Shown one piece after another: positions 18,646 to 27,614 of a DNA stretch of 53,878 nt. Positions within the stretch are counted from its first letter, which is position 1, and every line of letters starts with the position of its first letter. Below the pieces are notes generated by a model, which saw nothing but the letters and a program-made list of their open reading frames with translations, made no database searches and was not told the DNA's origin. The position numbers and the translations under genes were made by a program. Origin of the DNA: an uncultured Clostridia bacterium (GTDB lineage: Bacteria > Bacillota > Clostridia > Oscillospirales > CAG-272); contig CANRVI010000001.1 in NCBI GenBank assembly GCA_947643245.1, forward strand, positions 1-53,878. Direction: 5' to 3'.

Positions 18646-19124
18646 TTAAATGTAAGCTGATCGTTCTTGGGCAGCTTTCGGAACCTCATTGGCGTGCTGC
18701 CTGCGAGGAATACAAAAAGCGGCTGTCCCACACCTGCAGCATTCAGGAAGTAGAGCTGCGTGAAGTACGTACAGGTAGGGATCCGGGTGCGAAGGAGATT
18801 GCAGCCGTGCTGGAGCGGGAAGCAGATTTGATTTTGGCACAGGTTCCGCCAAGAGCCTTTACGGTAGCTTTGTGTATTGAAGGAAAGCAGTACGATTCGC
18901 CGACCTTTGCTGCACTGCTGGAGGAAAAGCTTACCGGAGGCGCCAGCGAGCTTTGTTTTATCATTGGTTCTTCCTATGGACTTTCGGAGAGGGTTAAAAA
19001 AGCTGCCCATTTAAAATTTTCCATGTCGGCACTTACATTTCCGCATCAACTGGCGCGGGTTATGCTGTATGAATGCATATACCGCTGTACGGAGATTCGA
19101 CGCGGATCTCCCTATCATAAGTAA
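18642..19124 (+). CDS. rlmH: 23S rRNA (pseudouridine1915-N3)-methyltransferase RlmH
   Basis: SPOUT fold; C-terminus FIIGSSYGLSERVKKAAHLKFSMSALTFPHQLARVMLYECIYRC..PYHK. The ATG at 18642 overlaps the upstream stop. Confidence 0.9.
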   Translation: MIKCKLIVLGQLSEPHWRAACEEYKKRLSHTCSIQEVELREVRTGRDPGAKEIAAVLEREADLILAQVPPRAFTVALCIEGKQYDSPTFAALLEEKLTGGASELCFIIGSSYGLSERVKKAAHLKFSMSALTFPHQLARVMLYECIYRCTEIRRGSPYHK

Positions 19125-19162
19125 TAGTAATTCACCTGCAACCAAAGGCAAGGTACAAAGCA

Positions 19163-20890
19163 TTGAAGACAACCGATCGTTTGAAACTGCAACTGAAAAG
19201 AAAATTACCGGCGATTTTGTGCGCCGTTTTTATTGTTGCAATTTTTGGATTGTATTATTTGGGTGTTTATGATGTTTCCTTTTTGCCAAGACCGGCCGCA
19301 TGGGCAGATCATATTGACCGTCTGTATACAGTTTTATTTGGAAAAGATACAGATGTGCAGGCGCCGGTGGAAACAGAACCGCCGGTCACAGAGCCTGCCG
19401 ACGATCAACCGGCGAAAAAACCAAGTAATGGGAACGAAACTCCGCCGCCGAATTTTGGCGCGCCTTTGGAGTTTTCTACGGTTTCCGCCCTGCAGGGCGA
19501 GGGCTGGAGGCGCACGGATGCGGAATATACGGAAGGGATGCAATTTGCCCTTTTGGATACATCCTACAGTTTGCCTCGATCCTTTTCCTATACGGAAAAA
19601 ACTTATAATAGAGAAGACCTGATTTATTTTGAAGACGGAACAGAATCCCAGCGCCAGATTGTGCAAACTACAGAACGCCGGCCGGCGCTTGAGCTATATA
19701 TGGGATATATCTTATATGACGACAGGGGAACCTTGTATATTCTGGGTCCGGATGGTACGCCGCTGGGACAGTACAACGACCAGCGGTATATGCCGGCGTA
19801 TACCAGGGACCGAGAAGGGCGTCCCTTGTTTTACTCCCCTTATTCCTATACAATGACGTATCCCACCCAGCTTGGGGAGCCGGACGAAGAGGGAAACCAG
19901 GAGTGGATTCAAACGGACACCGTGCGGGTGGATTCTCAAAAATATTATTACCTGGGAGCGGACGGACGCACCTTTGTGGAGTCTGATTACGACGATACGG
20001 TAGACGGGCGGGGCTTGTATTTCGATTATCCCGCTTATTATGGGAATACCGATAGTCGGTATAACCGGTATTATAAAAGAAGCACGAAAGTATTTACGGA
20101 TTTAAAGGGAAAAACATCGGTGCTGGAACTGGCAGACTGGCTGTTTGCAACAGAAAAACCGGACTATGCGGATGAGGAGCTGGTTTTTCCATATACAAAA
20201 GCATATGCGATGCGGGGTGGATACGCTGCAGTAATGCAGGATATTCACTGGGACTATTTTAATAACGTAACGGAAAATGGCGTAACAGAGAATCGATATT
20301 TCGAGGTGGTCAGTAACGAGATGCGGGTCGTAGACGAAAACGGGAGGGAGATGTTTGCATCCCGGAAAAACTATGTCAGCAGCGAGGGATGGTCTGCCAA
20401 TGAACGATTTGTAGAGCCGCTTTCCAGGGGGATCGCAGCTTTGGGCAGCTACTATTTTGACCATGGCCTCATGCGCCTGCATGTACAGGCCTATGACCGA
20501 TATCACTTTACCGATTTGGACATGATCCGCATCGTTTCTGACGAAGACGTGCTGGTATACCCTGATGGCAGCCGGTATAGTATCCCAGTTGGATATCAGC
20601 TGATTTCGTATTCCGACGGAATTCTTCTTTTGAAAAAGGATGGCCTGTATGGATTTTTGTCCAACACAGGGGTATGGATTCATCAGCCCCAGGCGGCAGA
20701 CGCAAAACCGTTTTTGGAAGGAGTGGCTGTAGTAGAGCAGGATGGGTACTATGGCGTAATCGATACAAAGGGCAATTTGGTAATTCCCTATAAATATAAC
20801 TATATTTCCAATATTTCCAGCGGTACTATAGTAGCGTACAGCGAAACAGACGGCTGGGAGATTTATCAGAAAATGGCGCCGGCGGCGTGA
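19163..20890 (+). CDS. membrane-anchored WG-repeat (KWG) protein
   Basis: N-terminal TM helix (LPAILCAVFIVAIFGLYYLGV) and a Pro-rich linker. C-terminal repeats are of the type DGLYGFLSNTGVWI..., DGYYGVIDTKGNLVIPYKY. TTG start. Confidence 0.7.
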   Translation: MKTTDRLKLQLKRKLPAILCAVFIVAIFGLYYLGVYDVSFLPRPAAWADHIDRLYTVLFGKDTDVQAPVETEPPVTEPADDQPAKKPSNGNETPPPNFGAPLEFSTVSALQGEGWRRTDAEYTEGMQFALLDTSYSLPRSFSYTEKTYNREDLIYFEDGTESQRQIVQTTERRPALELYMGYILYDDRGTLYILGPDGTPLGQYNDQRYMPAYTRDREGRPLFYSPYSYTMTYPTQLGEPDEEGNQEWIQTDTVRVDSQKYYYLGADGRTFVESDYDDTVDGRGLYFDYPAYYGNTDSRYNRYYKRSTKVFTDLKGKTSVLELADWLFATEKPDYADEELVFPYTKAYAMRGGYAAVMQDIHWDYFNNVTENGVTENRYFEVVSNEMRVVDENGREMFASRKNYVSSEGWSANERFVEPLSRGIAALGSYYFDHGLMRLHVQAYDRYHFTDLDMIRIVSDEDVLVYPDGSRYSIPVGYQLISYSDGILLLKKDGLYGFLSNTGVWIHQPQAADAKPFLEGVAVVEQDGYYGVIDTKGNLVIPYKYNYISNISSGTIVAYSETDGWEIYQKMAPAA

Positions 20891-20911
20891 AGGTTCCGGA
20901 AAGGAATAGGT

Positions 20912-22786
20912 ATGCAGGATTTTGATGTGATCGTAGTAGGCGCGGGGCACGCTGGCGTAGAAGCCGCATTGGCCTGTGCCCGGCGTGGCCTGAAAACGGC
21001 AGTATTTACAATTAGCTTGGATGCGGTGGCCAATATGCCCTGCAATCCTTCTGTAGGCGGAACGGGAAAAGGCCATTTGGTCTTTGAACTGGATGCTCTG
21101 GGGGGTGAAATGGGATATGCTGCCGATTGCAGCACAATTCAATCCAGAACGCTGAACACGGGAAAAGGCGCAGCAGTCCAATCCAAACGGATACAGGCGG
21201 ATCGAATTGCTTACAGCAGGCGAATGAAGCAAGTGCTGGAAAGCACCCCCCATCTCTCACTGATTCAGGGTGAGGTGTGCCGCCTGCTTACTGAAGACGC
21301 GGCAGGAAAAAAACGTGTGCGCGGCGTTGTAGCCGCGCCCGGCGGGGAGTATCTGGCGAGAGCAGTGATTTTGTCCAGCGGTACATATCTTGGGGGCACT
21401 ACCTATGTGGGAGAAGTACAGCGCAGTGCAGGGCCAGACGGCAGTCTTCCGGCAGGAGAACTCAGCGCGTCACTGCGGGAAAATGGCATTCGTCTTGCCC
21501 GATTTAAAACGGGGACCCCTCCCCGCGTGCATCGGGCATCTATTGACTTTTCTTGCTTGGAGCGTCAGGACGGTGAAAGGCACATTATTCCGTTTTCGTA
21601 TCGAACCGATGGAACGGCGCTCAATGCCATAGAGCAGGTTCCTTGCTATATTGTATATACCAGTGCGCATACCCATCAAATTATTCGAGACAACCTGCAT
21701 CGTTCTCCCCTATATTCTGGGCAAATCCATGGAACAGGGCCGCGATACTGCCCCTCCATCGAGGATAAGGTGGTGCGATTTGCCGACAAGGAGCGGCATC
21801 AACTATTTGTAGAGCCTATGGGTGTGGATACCGAGGAAATCTATTTGCAGGGATTTTCTTCCTCTCTACCGGCAGACGTACAGTATGAAATGCTTCGAAG
21901 CCTGCCGGGTTTTGAAGAGGCGCAGATCATGCGGTATGCTTATGCGATTGAATACGATTGTGCTGATCCGACTCAGTTGTATCCCACCCTTGCTTTTAAA
22001 AATATTGCAGGACTATACGGAGCGGGACAGTTTAACGGTTCATCCGGATATGAGGAGGCTGCCGTTCAGGGACTGATTGCGGGCATCAATGCTGCAGCGG
22101 CGCTGGAAGGCCGTCCGCCGGTAATTTTGCCCCGGTATTCTTCCTATATCGGTACACTAATCGATGATCTTGTCACTAAAGGTACGAACGAGCCGTATCG
22201 AATAATGACGTCCCGGTCTGAATATCGGTTAATGCTTCGTCAGGACAACGCAGACCGGCGTCTTTTGGAATATGGAAGGGAGGCAGGATTGATTGACGAT
22301 GCGCGGTATGCCGCTGTGCTGGAGAAGTGCCATAGTGAGGACGCTGAAATCCAGCGGTTGGAGCGGACTACCGTTTCGCCGGCAGCGGTCAATGGCATTC
22401 TGGCGTCTCTTGGAAGCAGTGAAATTTCCACTGGCGCAAAGTTAGCGGATTTGCTTCGCCGGCCTAAGGTTACTTATGCGTTGTTGGCGGAGGCAGACCC
22501 GAATCGGCCTGTTTTAACAGAGGATGTGATCCGTACCGTGGAGACAGAGATCAAGTATGCGGGATATATCACCCGGCAGCAGGCCCAGGCAAAAAAACAG
22601 CAGAAGATGGAGGAAAAGCCCCTGCCACCGGATTTGGATTATACGAAGATTAAAGGGCTGCGCCTGGAGGCTATGCAGAAGCTCCAGGCAGCAAAGCCGG
22701 CTTCTTTGGGGCAGGCTTCCAGAATTTCCGGGGTGAGTCCGGCTGATATTTCCGTTTTGGTGATTTATTTATCTTTGAAGGAATAG
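20912..22786 (+). CDS. mnmG: tRNA uridine-5-carboxymethylaminomethyl modification enzyme MnmG (GidA)
   Basis: FDVIVVGAGHAGVEAALA FAD motif, GPRYCPSIEDK, FLAGQ-like GAGQFNGSSGYEEAA, 624 aa. Confidence 0.96.
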   Translation: MQDFDVIVVGAGHAGVEAALACARRGLKTAVFTISLDAVANMPCNPSVGGTGKGHLVFELDALGGEMGYAADCSTIQSRTLNTGKGAAVQSKRIQADRIAYSRRMKQVLESTPHLSLIQGEVCRLLTEDAAGKKRVRGVVAAPGGEYLARAVILSSGTYLGGTTYVGEVQRSAGPDGSLPAGELSASLRENGIRLARFKTGTPPRVHRASIDFSCLERQDGERHIIPFSYRTDGTALNAIEQVPCYIVYTSAHTHQIIRDNLHRSPLYSGQIHGTGPRYCPSIEDKVVRFADKERHQLFVEPMGVDTEEIYLQGFSSSLPADVQYEMLRSLPGFEEAQIMRYAYAIEYDCADPTQLYPTLAFKNIAGLYGAGQFNGSSGYEEAAVQGLIAGINAAAALEGRPPVILPRYSSYIGTLIDDLVTKGTNEPYRIMTSRSEYRLMLRQDNADRRLLEYGREAGLIDDARYAAVLEKCHSEDAEIQRLERTTVSPAAVNGILASLGSSEISTGAKLADLLRRPKVTYALLAEADPNRPVLTEDVIRTVETEIKYAGYITRQQAQAKKQQKMEEKPLPPDLDYTKIKGLRLEAMQKLQAAKPASLGQASRISGVSPADISVLVIYLSLKE

Positions 22787-22815
22787 AAAAACAGGCCATT
22801 TGGCCTGTTTTTCTA
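22784..22815. terminator. bidirectional intrinsic terminator between mnmG and the oxidoreductase gene
   Basis: TAGAAAAACAGGCC-attt-GGCCTGTTTTTCTA, a perfect 14-bp arm with A and T runs on both sides. Confidence 0.85.
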
Positions 22816-22878
22816 TTTACATTCAGCGGTGTCTTCTTCTGACAATAGAAGCAAAACTTTGTTTTGATGGGGAGGAGT

Positions 22879-23943
22879 TCAATCAAACACAACCTCTTGG
22901 CCACGTCTGGAAGACTCATAAATTCCTTCCATAATTTTGGACGTTTTGATGGCATAGTCAATGTGAGAGCGCTCCTTTTCTCCGGTGCGAACGCACCGCA
23001 GAAATGCATCAATTTCCCGCTGGAACATGCTGATTTCTGGTACCTCCACGTCTTCTGTAAAGAGTTCCCCGTCCCGCACACCGTATATTTTATAGTTTCC
23101 GCAGTACTGCAGGCGGATTCCGGCCTTGGTTCCGATAAAGTCCAAATATTGCTCTTCCTCTTCGATGTTCTGCGCCCATGCCCCCTCCAAGGTGATCACC
23201 GGGCCGGTGGTGCGGATAAAAGCGGATACGGAGTCTTCCACATCGTAGGTTCCGTTTACATCCCGAGTGGACTCACTCCACATACTTCGGTAAACATAGT
23301 TCTTTATGTCCTTACCCAACTTGGAATAAGCTGCGCCAGATACGGAAATTGGGCTTGGATCGCCCACGCAGTACAGAACCTGGTCCAGCCGATGTACGCC
23401 CCAGTCGATGAGCACACCCCCGCCGGATATAGCCTTTGTAGTAAACGCGCCGCCGATGCCGGGGATGGTTCTGTGGGCGCGGAAGTTGATGAATACGTGA
23501 TAGACTTCCCCAAGTTCACCGGCCAAAATTCGCTGGCGTACCTGATTGACCGCCTCGTGGAAACGGCAGACCACGCCGATATTCAGCACTTTTCCGGTCT
23601 CTTTTTGCACCTTTTGCATCTCCAGTGCTTCGCTGTAGATTCGGGCAGCGGGCTTTTCACAAAGAACATGCTTGCCAGCCCGCATAGCGTCTATGGAGAT
23701 TACGCTGTGCATCAGGTTGGGTGTACATATAGAAACTGCATCGACTTCCGGATCCTGAATCGCGATTTTGTAGTCAGTGATGGCAGCGCCGCAGCCGTAT
23801 TCGTCTACACAAGCCTGGGCCTTTTCCGGAATCACATCACAAAAGTACTTGATTTCAGCATCCTGCGCTTCAATATAGCAGGGAATATGAGCTGACCGCG
23901 CAATACAGCCGCAGCCGATTATGGCAACTTTAATTTTAGACAT
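22879..23943 (-). CDS. Gfo/Idh/MocA family oxidoreductase
   Basis: MSKIKVAIIGCGCIARSAHIPCY Rossmann start and the EKP motif (VLCEKPAA). The 343-aa ORF on the opposite strand is judged spurious. Confidence 0.88.
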   Translation of the reverse strand: MSKIKVAIIGCGCIARSAHIPCYIEAQDAEIKYFCDVIPEKAQACVDEYGCGAAITDYKIAIQDPEVDAVSICTPNLMHSVISIDAMRAGKHVLCEKPAARIYSEALEMQKVQKETGKVLNIGVVCRFHEAVNQVRQRILAGELGEVYHVFINFRAHRTIPGIGGAFTTKAISGGGVLIDWGVHRLDQVLYCVGDPSPISVSGAAYSKLGKDIKNYVYRSMWSESTRDVNGTYDVEDSVSAFIRTTGPVITLEGAWAQNIEEEEQYLDFIGTKAGIRLQYCGNYKIYGVRDGELFTEDVEVPEISMFQREIDAFLRCVRTGEKERSHIDYAIKTSKIMEGIYESSRRGQEVVFD

Positions 23944-23977
23944 AACGCCTCCTTCCGCTGGTCGCGGATTTAAAAAA

Positions 23978-23989
23978 AGACACGTGTCT
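23978..23989. promoter_or_regulatory. perfect 12-bp palindrome in the oxidoreductase leader (candidate operator)
   Basis: AGACACGTGTCT lies between a putative minus-strand promoter (TTGCAA-17-TAAAAT, ~24010-24040) and the RBS. Confidence 0.35.
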
Positions 23990-24162
23990 CAGCACGCTTA
24001 TTTTATAGTTATTTTACCGTTTTGTGTATCTCTTTGCAAGGGATACAAGAAAAATTTATGTAATTTAATTTTCAAAAACCATTTCATCCCCTATTGAGTT
24101 TTATATAAAGGTATGCTATCATATACATAAGAAGGATTTCTGCTTGGAAAGGAGTGCTTCCC

Positions 24163-26379
24163 ATGGGACAACACACAACTGGAGAGGAAAGGGAAGTTCC
24201 AGGCCCCCTAAAGGATTTGGATGCCGCCGCGCTCCAGGCCCGGATGGAAAAAGCACAGGGAGATCCTATTGAAGAAAAAAGTGGATTTGGACAAAACGCC
24301 GCTGGGATGTTTCAGACAGATAAACTGGTACGCCGGGCTGCCAGACGTCAGCTTTGGTTGATCGTCGGATGTGTTTTGTTTGTATTGGCAGGAGCTGCTG
24401 CATTGTCGCTGCGGTTTGGAAATTTATTTTCCGGTGAAAAGGCGGTGGAACAAATCGTTGCGCTGACCGGTAAAGAGGCTCCCTGGCTGTCATTTTCAGA
24501 CGGGATGCTCTCCTATAATTCGGATTATACAGGCGATATTCCGCGCTCTATCATCATTCCGGATACCTTTGATGGAAAAACTGTTGAGGGCGTTGCGGAT
24601 GAAGGATTTGTCCATATGATGGAAATTACAGAGCTGACAGTGGGCGGGAGTGTGCGTTTGATCGGAGTGCGTGCCTTTGAGGGCTGTACCAATCTTACCC
24701 GGATTGATTTGGGTGGCGTACAGGAGATATCCTACGGAGCATTTGACGGATGCGTGTCTCTTACAGATGCTGCCGCAGCAGAGGAGATTGTTCACATCGG
24801 CGCATATGCTTTCCAGGACTGTACGGCGCTTACCGGTTTCCCCTTTGGAGAGAAGGTGACATCCATCGGTGCCTGCGCTTTTCAAAATTGCGGTGCTGTA
24901 CATGGATTTCTTAATCTTTCCGCTGTTGTGTCTAAAGTCGGACAAAGTGCCTTTGAAAATTGTGTTGCCCTTACCCAGATTGTCATTTCCGATGCAGGTT
25001 CCATTGGAGAGGGCGCTTTCCAGGGATGTACTTCTGTTACCGAAGTGGAAATGAACTGCCTAAGTGTAGGTGAGCGAGCGTTTTTCGGCTGCACTGGATT
25101 GGAGCGCGCTGTTTTGGGCGGAAAAACGCTTACCCTAGGAAAAGAACTGTTTGCTGGGTGTGCATCTTTGACAGAGGTGACATACGAAAACGAGGGTACC
25201 ACTCTTTCGGAAGGTGTTTTCTTGAATTGCGTTTCCCTGCAATCTCCTCCTCTGCCGAAAGGTGTGTCGACAATTCCTCCGCGCTTGTTTGCTGGTTGTA
25301 CTGCGCTTGACAGAACTGGCATCAGCAGTCAGATACTGCATATTGGAGACGAGGCATATGCTGGCTGCAGCACACTTACCCAGGCGAATATACCAAGCAA
25401 TACGGAAACCCTTGGTAAAGGGGTATTTGCGAATTGTACTGCTCTTGTGGAATATACGCTTCCAGCGGATGTCGTATCTATTCCAGCTGATTTTTTCAGT
25501 GGCTGTGTAGGACTAACAGATGCATCTATCCCAGAAGGAATACAATCTGTAGAGGAGAGTGCTTTTCAGGGCTGTACGGGACTTTTGCATGCAAATATTC
25601 CATATGGCATCCTATCTATTGGGGACAGCGCTTTTGCTGGCTGTACTGCTCTGGAAAAAATAACGCTGCCGTCCTCTTTGCAGTCCATCGGAGAAAATAC
25701 TTTCTTGGGCTGCAGTTCCGTACAGTATTTGGATATTCCAAAAAGCATTGTTTTTATAGGAGACGGCGCCTTTGCAAATATGGAGCGGCTTCAGTCGGTG
25801 GGTTTGTTTGCATCTGCCCAGATATCGGCGGGGATGTTTGTCGGCTGTACTGCGTTGTCGGACATCCGAACCTCGGGATATGACTCCAAATATTCCGTGC
25901 GCAGCGGCGTATTATTTTCTGCAGATGGAGAAACCTTGATTCTTTATCCCAGCGGACTGCAAAATCAAAATTATACTGTGCCTGCAAAGGTCAATAAGAT
26001 TGAGGCAGGTGCCTTTCAAGGATGTTCACTCAAAAGCATTCATACCGGTGGGGCTGCGTTGATTGGTATATATGCGTTTGCAAATTGCGATTTTCTGCAG
26101 TCTGTGACGCTTGGAGAAGGACTTGCCGAACTGGGTTTTGGCGCATTTGAAGGGTGTGCCGCATTGGAGAATGTACAGTTGCCGCATACACTTTCCGCTA
26201 TTGATAGCAAGGTGTTTGCAGGTTGTGCCAGTCTTACACGGCTGACGCTTCCCGCAGAAATTACTAAAATAGCAGCTGACTCTATTGAAGAAACTACCAC
26301 GCTTTGCGTGGAAGAAGGCGCACCGATTTTGGAAGAGATAGAACGACTGGGACTACAATTTTTTATTTTACAAAAGTAG
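24163..26379 (+). CDS. BspA-type leucine-rich repeat surface protein, N-terminally membrane anchored
   Basis: One TM helix (LWLIVGCVLFVLAGAAAL) followed by more than 20 repeats of the type I.IP..V..IG..AF.GC..L. AAGGAG favours the ATG at 24163 (the ORF opens at a GTG at 24154). Confidence 0.85.
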   Translation: MGQHTTGEEREVPGPLKDLDAAALQARMEKAQGDPIEEKSGFGQNAAGMFQTDKLVRRAARRQLWLIVGCVLFVLAGAAALSLRFGNLFSGEKAVEQIVALTGKEAPWLSFSDGMLSYNSDYTGDIPRSIIIPDTFDGKTVEGVADEGFVHMMEITELTVGGSVRLIGVRAFEGCTNLTRIDLGGVQEISYGAFDGCVSLTDAAAAEEIVHIGAYAFQDCTALTGFPFGEKVTSIGACAFQNCGAVHGFLNLSAVVSKVGQSAFENCVALTQIVISDAGSIGEGAFQGCTSVTEVEMNCLSVGERAFFGCTGLERAVLGGKTLTLGKELFAGCASLTEVTYENEGTTLSEGVFLNCVSLQSPPLPKGVSTIPPRLFAGCTALDRTGISSQILHIGDEAYAGCSTLTQANIPSNTETLGKGVFANCTALVEYTLPADVVSIPADFFSGCVGLTDASIPEGIQSVEESAFQGCTGLLHANIPYGILSIGDSAFAGCTALEKITLPSSLQSIGENTFLGCSSVQYLDIPKSIVFIGDGAFANMERLQSVGLFASAQISAGMFVGCTALSDIRTSGYDSKYSVRSGVLFSADGETLILYPSGLQNQNYTVPAKVNKIEAGAFQGCSLKSIHTGGAALIGIYAFANCDFLQSVTLGEGLAELGFGAFEGCAALENVQLPHTLSAIDSKVFAGCASLTRLTLPAEITKIAADSIEETTTLCVEEGAPILEEIERLGLQFFILQK

Positions 26380-26396
26380 TCGTAACCGCGCGCGAT

Positions 26397-26431
26397 CACG
26401 CCGGAAAAATAGTATGTTTTTTTTCGGCGTG
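26397..26431 (+). terminator. imperfect hairpin after the LRR gene
   Basis: CACGCCGGAAAAA-tagtatg-TTTTTTTTCGGCGTG. The arms pair with bulges, and the T run lies inside the stem. Confidence 0.35.
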
Positions 26432-26473
26432 GTTAATATATATATAATATTTCATTTTAGGAGGACTAAGCGC

Positions 26474-27535
26474 ATGAAAAAATTTCTTTCAGTATTTTTG
26501 GTTCTGCTGCTAACCGCTGTTTTATTTGTCGGCTGCAGTGACAAAAACGGGGAGGACAAAGACACCTCCGCGGTGGATGACACCGCAAAAGTCACGGATA
26601 ACACGGCCGGCGACAGCGGCGCATACAAGCTGGGTATGGGCGTGCAGGTAGACACCGAAAAATCAAAGGACGGCACCGCACAGGTGGATGCAACTATTGC
26701 AGCCGTTATCACAGACGAGAGCGGTAAAATTGTGGACTGCTATATCGACACGGTACAGAACAAAATGTCTGTGGCAGATGGAGTCGCTGAGAAGGGACAA
26801 ACCTATCGGACTAAGCAGGAAATGGGCACTGACTATGACATGAAAGATGTTTCCGGCATCGGTAAGGAATGGAACGAACAGGCAGACTTTTTTGCCGGAT
26901 ATGTAAAAGGAATGACCGGCGCCGAAGTTGCTGCTATTAAAACGGAGGCAAATGACGCTGGCGCCCAGGTGGCTGCTGATGAAGATTTGTATGCCGGCTG
27001 TACAATCAAGATAACGGAAATGATTCAGGCGGTAGAAAAGGCTTGCAAGGACGATCAGGCATACGCTTTCCAGTCTACCAGCAATCCGAAACTGCAGTTT
27101 GCAGCGATAACTGACGATGCATCTTCTAAGGATGCTTCTGACGAAGCAGACGGACTGGCGGCTATGTACACAACCTTTACCGCTGTAGTAGAGGATGATG
27201 GCAGAGTTTTGGCTTGCTGTTTGGATGTTATTGAGCCAAAGATTGCCTTTGATGCAGCTGGTACTATTGGAGAGATCAAGTTTAGTGGTTCCAAGCGGGA
27301 AGTGAAGGAAGGCTATGGCATGAAGGACATCTCCGGCATTGGTAAGGAGTGGTACGAGCAGGCAGCTGCTTTTGCAGACTATGTTGTTGGCAAAACTCTG
27401 GACGAGGCTTCCAATATTGAAACCCGGCAAGACGACAGCGGACATATGGTTGCAACGGACACAGATCTTTATGCAGGATGTACCGTTGGAATTGACAAGT
27501 GGATTGCCGCATTGGAAAAGGCACTGGAAAAATAA
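26474..27535 (+). CDS. lipoprotein with two tandem FMN_bind-like domains (PplA-like)
   Basis: Lipobox LFVGC|SDK after MKKFLSVFLVLLL. There are two internal repeats, each with GIGKEW..Q...FA.YV.G.T and D.DLYAGCT(I/V). This resembles the ETPGLG...D(A)xSGAT layout of FMN_bind domains. An ApbE gene follows. Confidence 0.65.
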   Translation: MKKFLSVFLVLLLTAVLFVGCSDKNGEDKDTSAVDDTAKVTDNTAGDSGAYKLGMGVQVDTEKSKDGTAQVDATIAAVITDESGKIVDCYIDTVQNKMSVADGVAEKGQTYRTKQEMGTDYDMKDVSGIGKEWNEQADFFAGYVKGMTGAEVAAIKTEANDAGAQVAADEDLYAGCTIKITEMIQAVEKACKDDQAYAFQSTSNPKLQFAAITDDASSKDASDEADGLAAMYTTFTAVVEDDGRVLACCLDVIEPKIAFDAAGTIGEIKFSGSKREVKEGYGMKDISGIGKEWYEQAAAFADYVVGKTLDEASNIETRQDDSGHMVATDTDLYAGCTVGIDKWIAALEKALEK

Positions 27536-27545
27536 GGATGATAGG

Positions 27546-27573
27546 TAGGGATCCTGCAGCTGCAGGATCCCTA
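27546..27573 (+). terminator. 28-nt perfect palindrome terminator
   Basis: TAGGGATCCTGCAG|CTGCAGGATCCCTA followed by TATTTTC, 10 nt after the lipoprotein stop. Confidence 0.7.
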
Positions 27574-27614
27574 TATTTTCAATAGGATATCTAAACGACG
27601 GGGAAAGGCACGCT

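Noticed and set aside
22864-23895. 343-aa ORF on the plus strand, fully antisense to the Gfo/Idh/MocA oxidoreductase.
   Set aside because: The minus-strand product has a textbook Rossmann start and an EKP motif. The plus-strand translation is low-complexity with no RBS or motifs. It is a typical shadow ORF.
27546-27573. The BamHI-PstI-PvuII-PstI-BamHI-like palindrome might be cloning-vector or synthetic polylinker contamination.
   Set aside because: The flanking sequence is continuous native coding DNA. The element sits exactly where a terminator is expected and is followed by a T tract. A natural hairpin is the simpler explanation.
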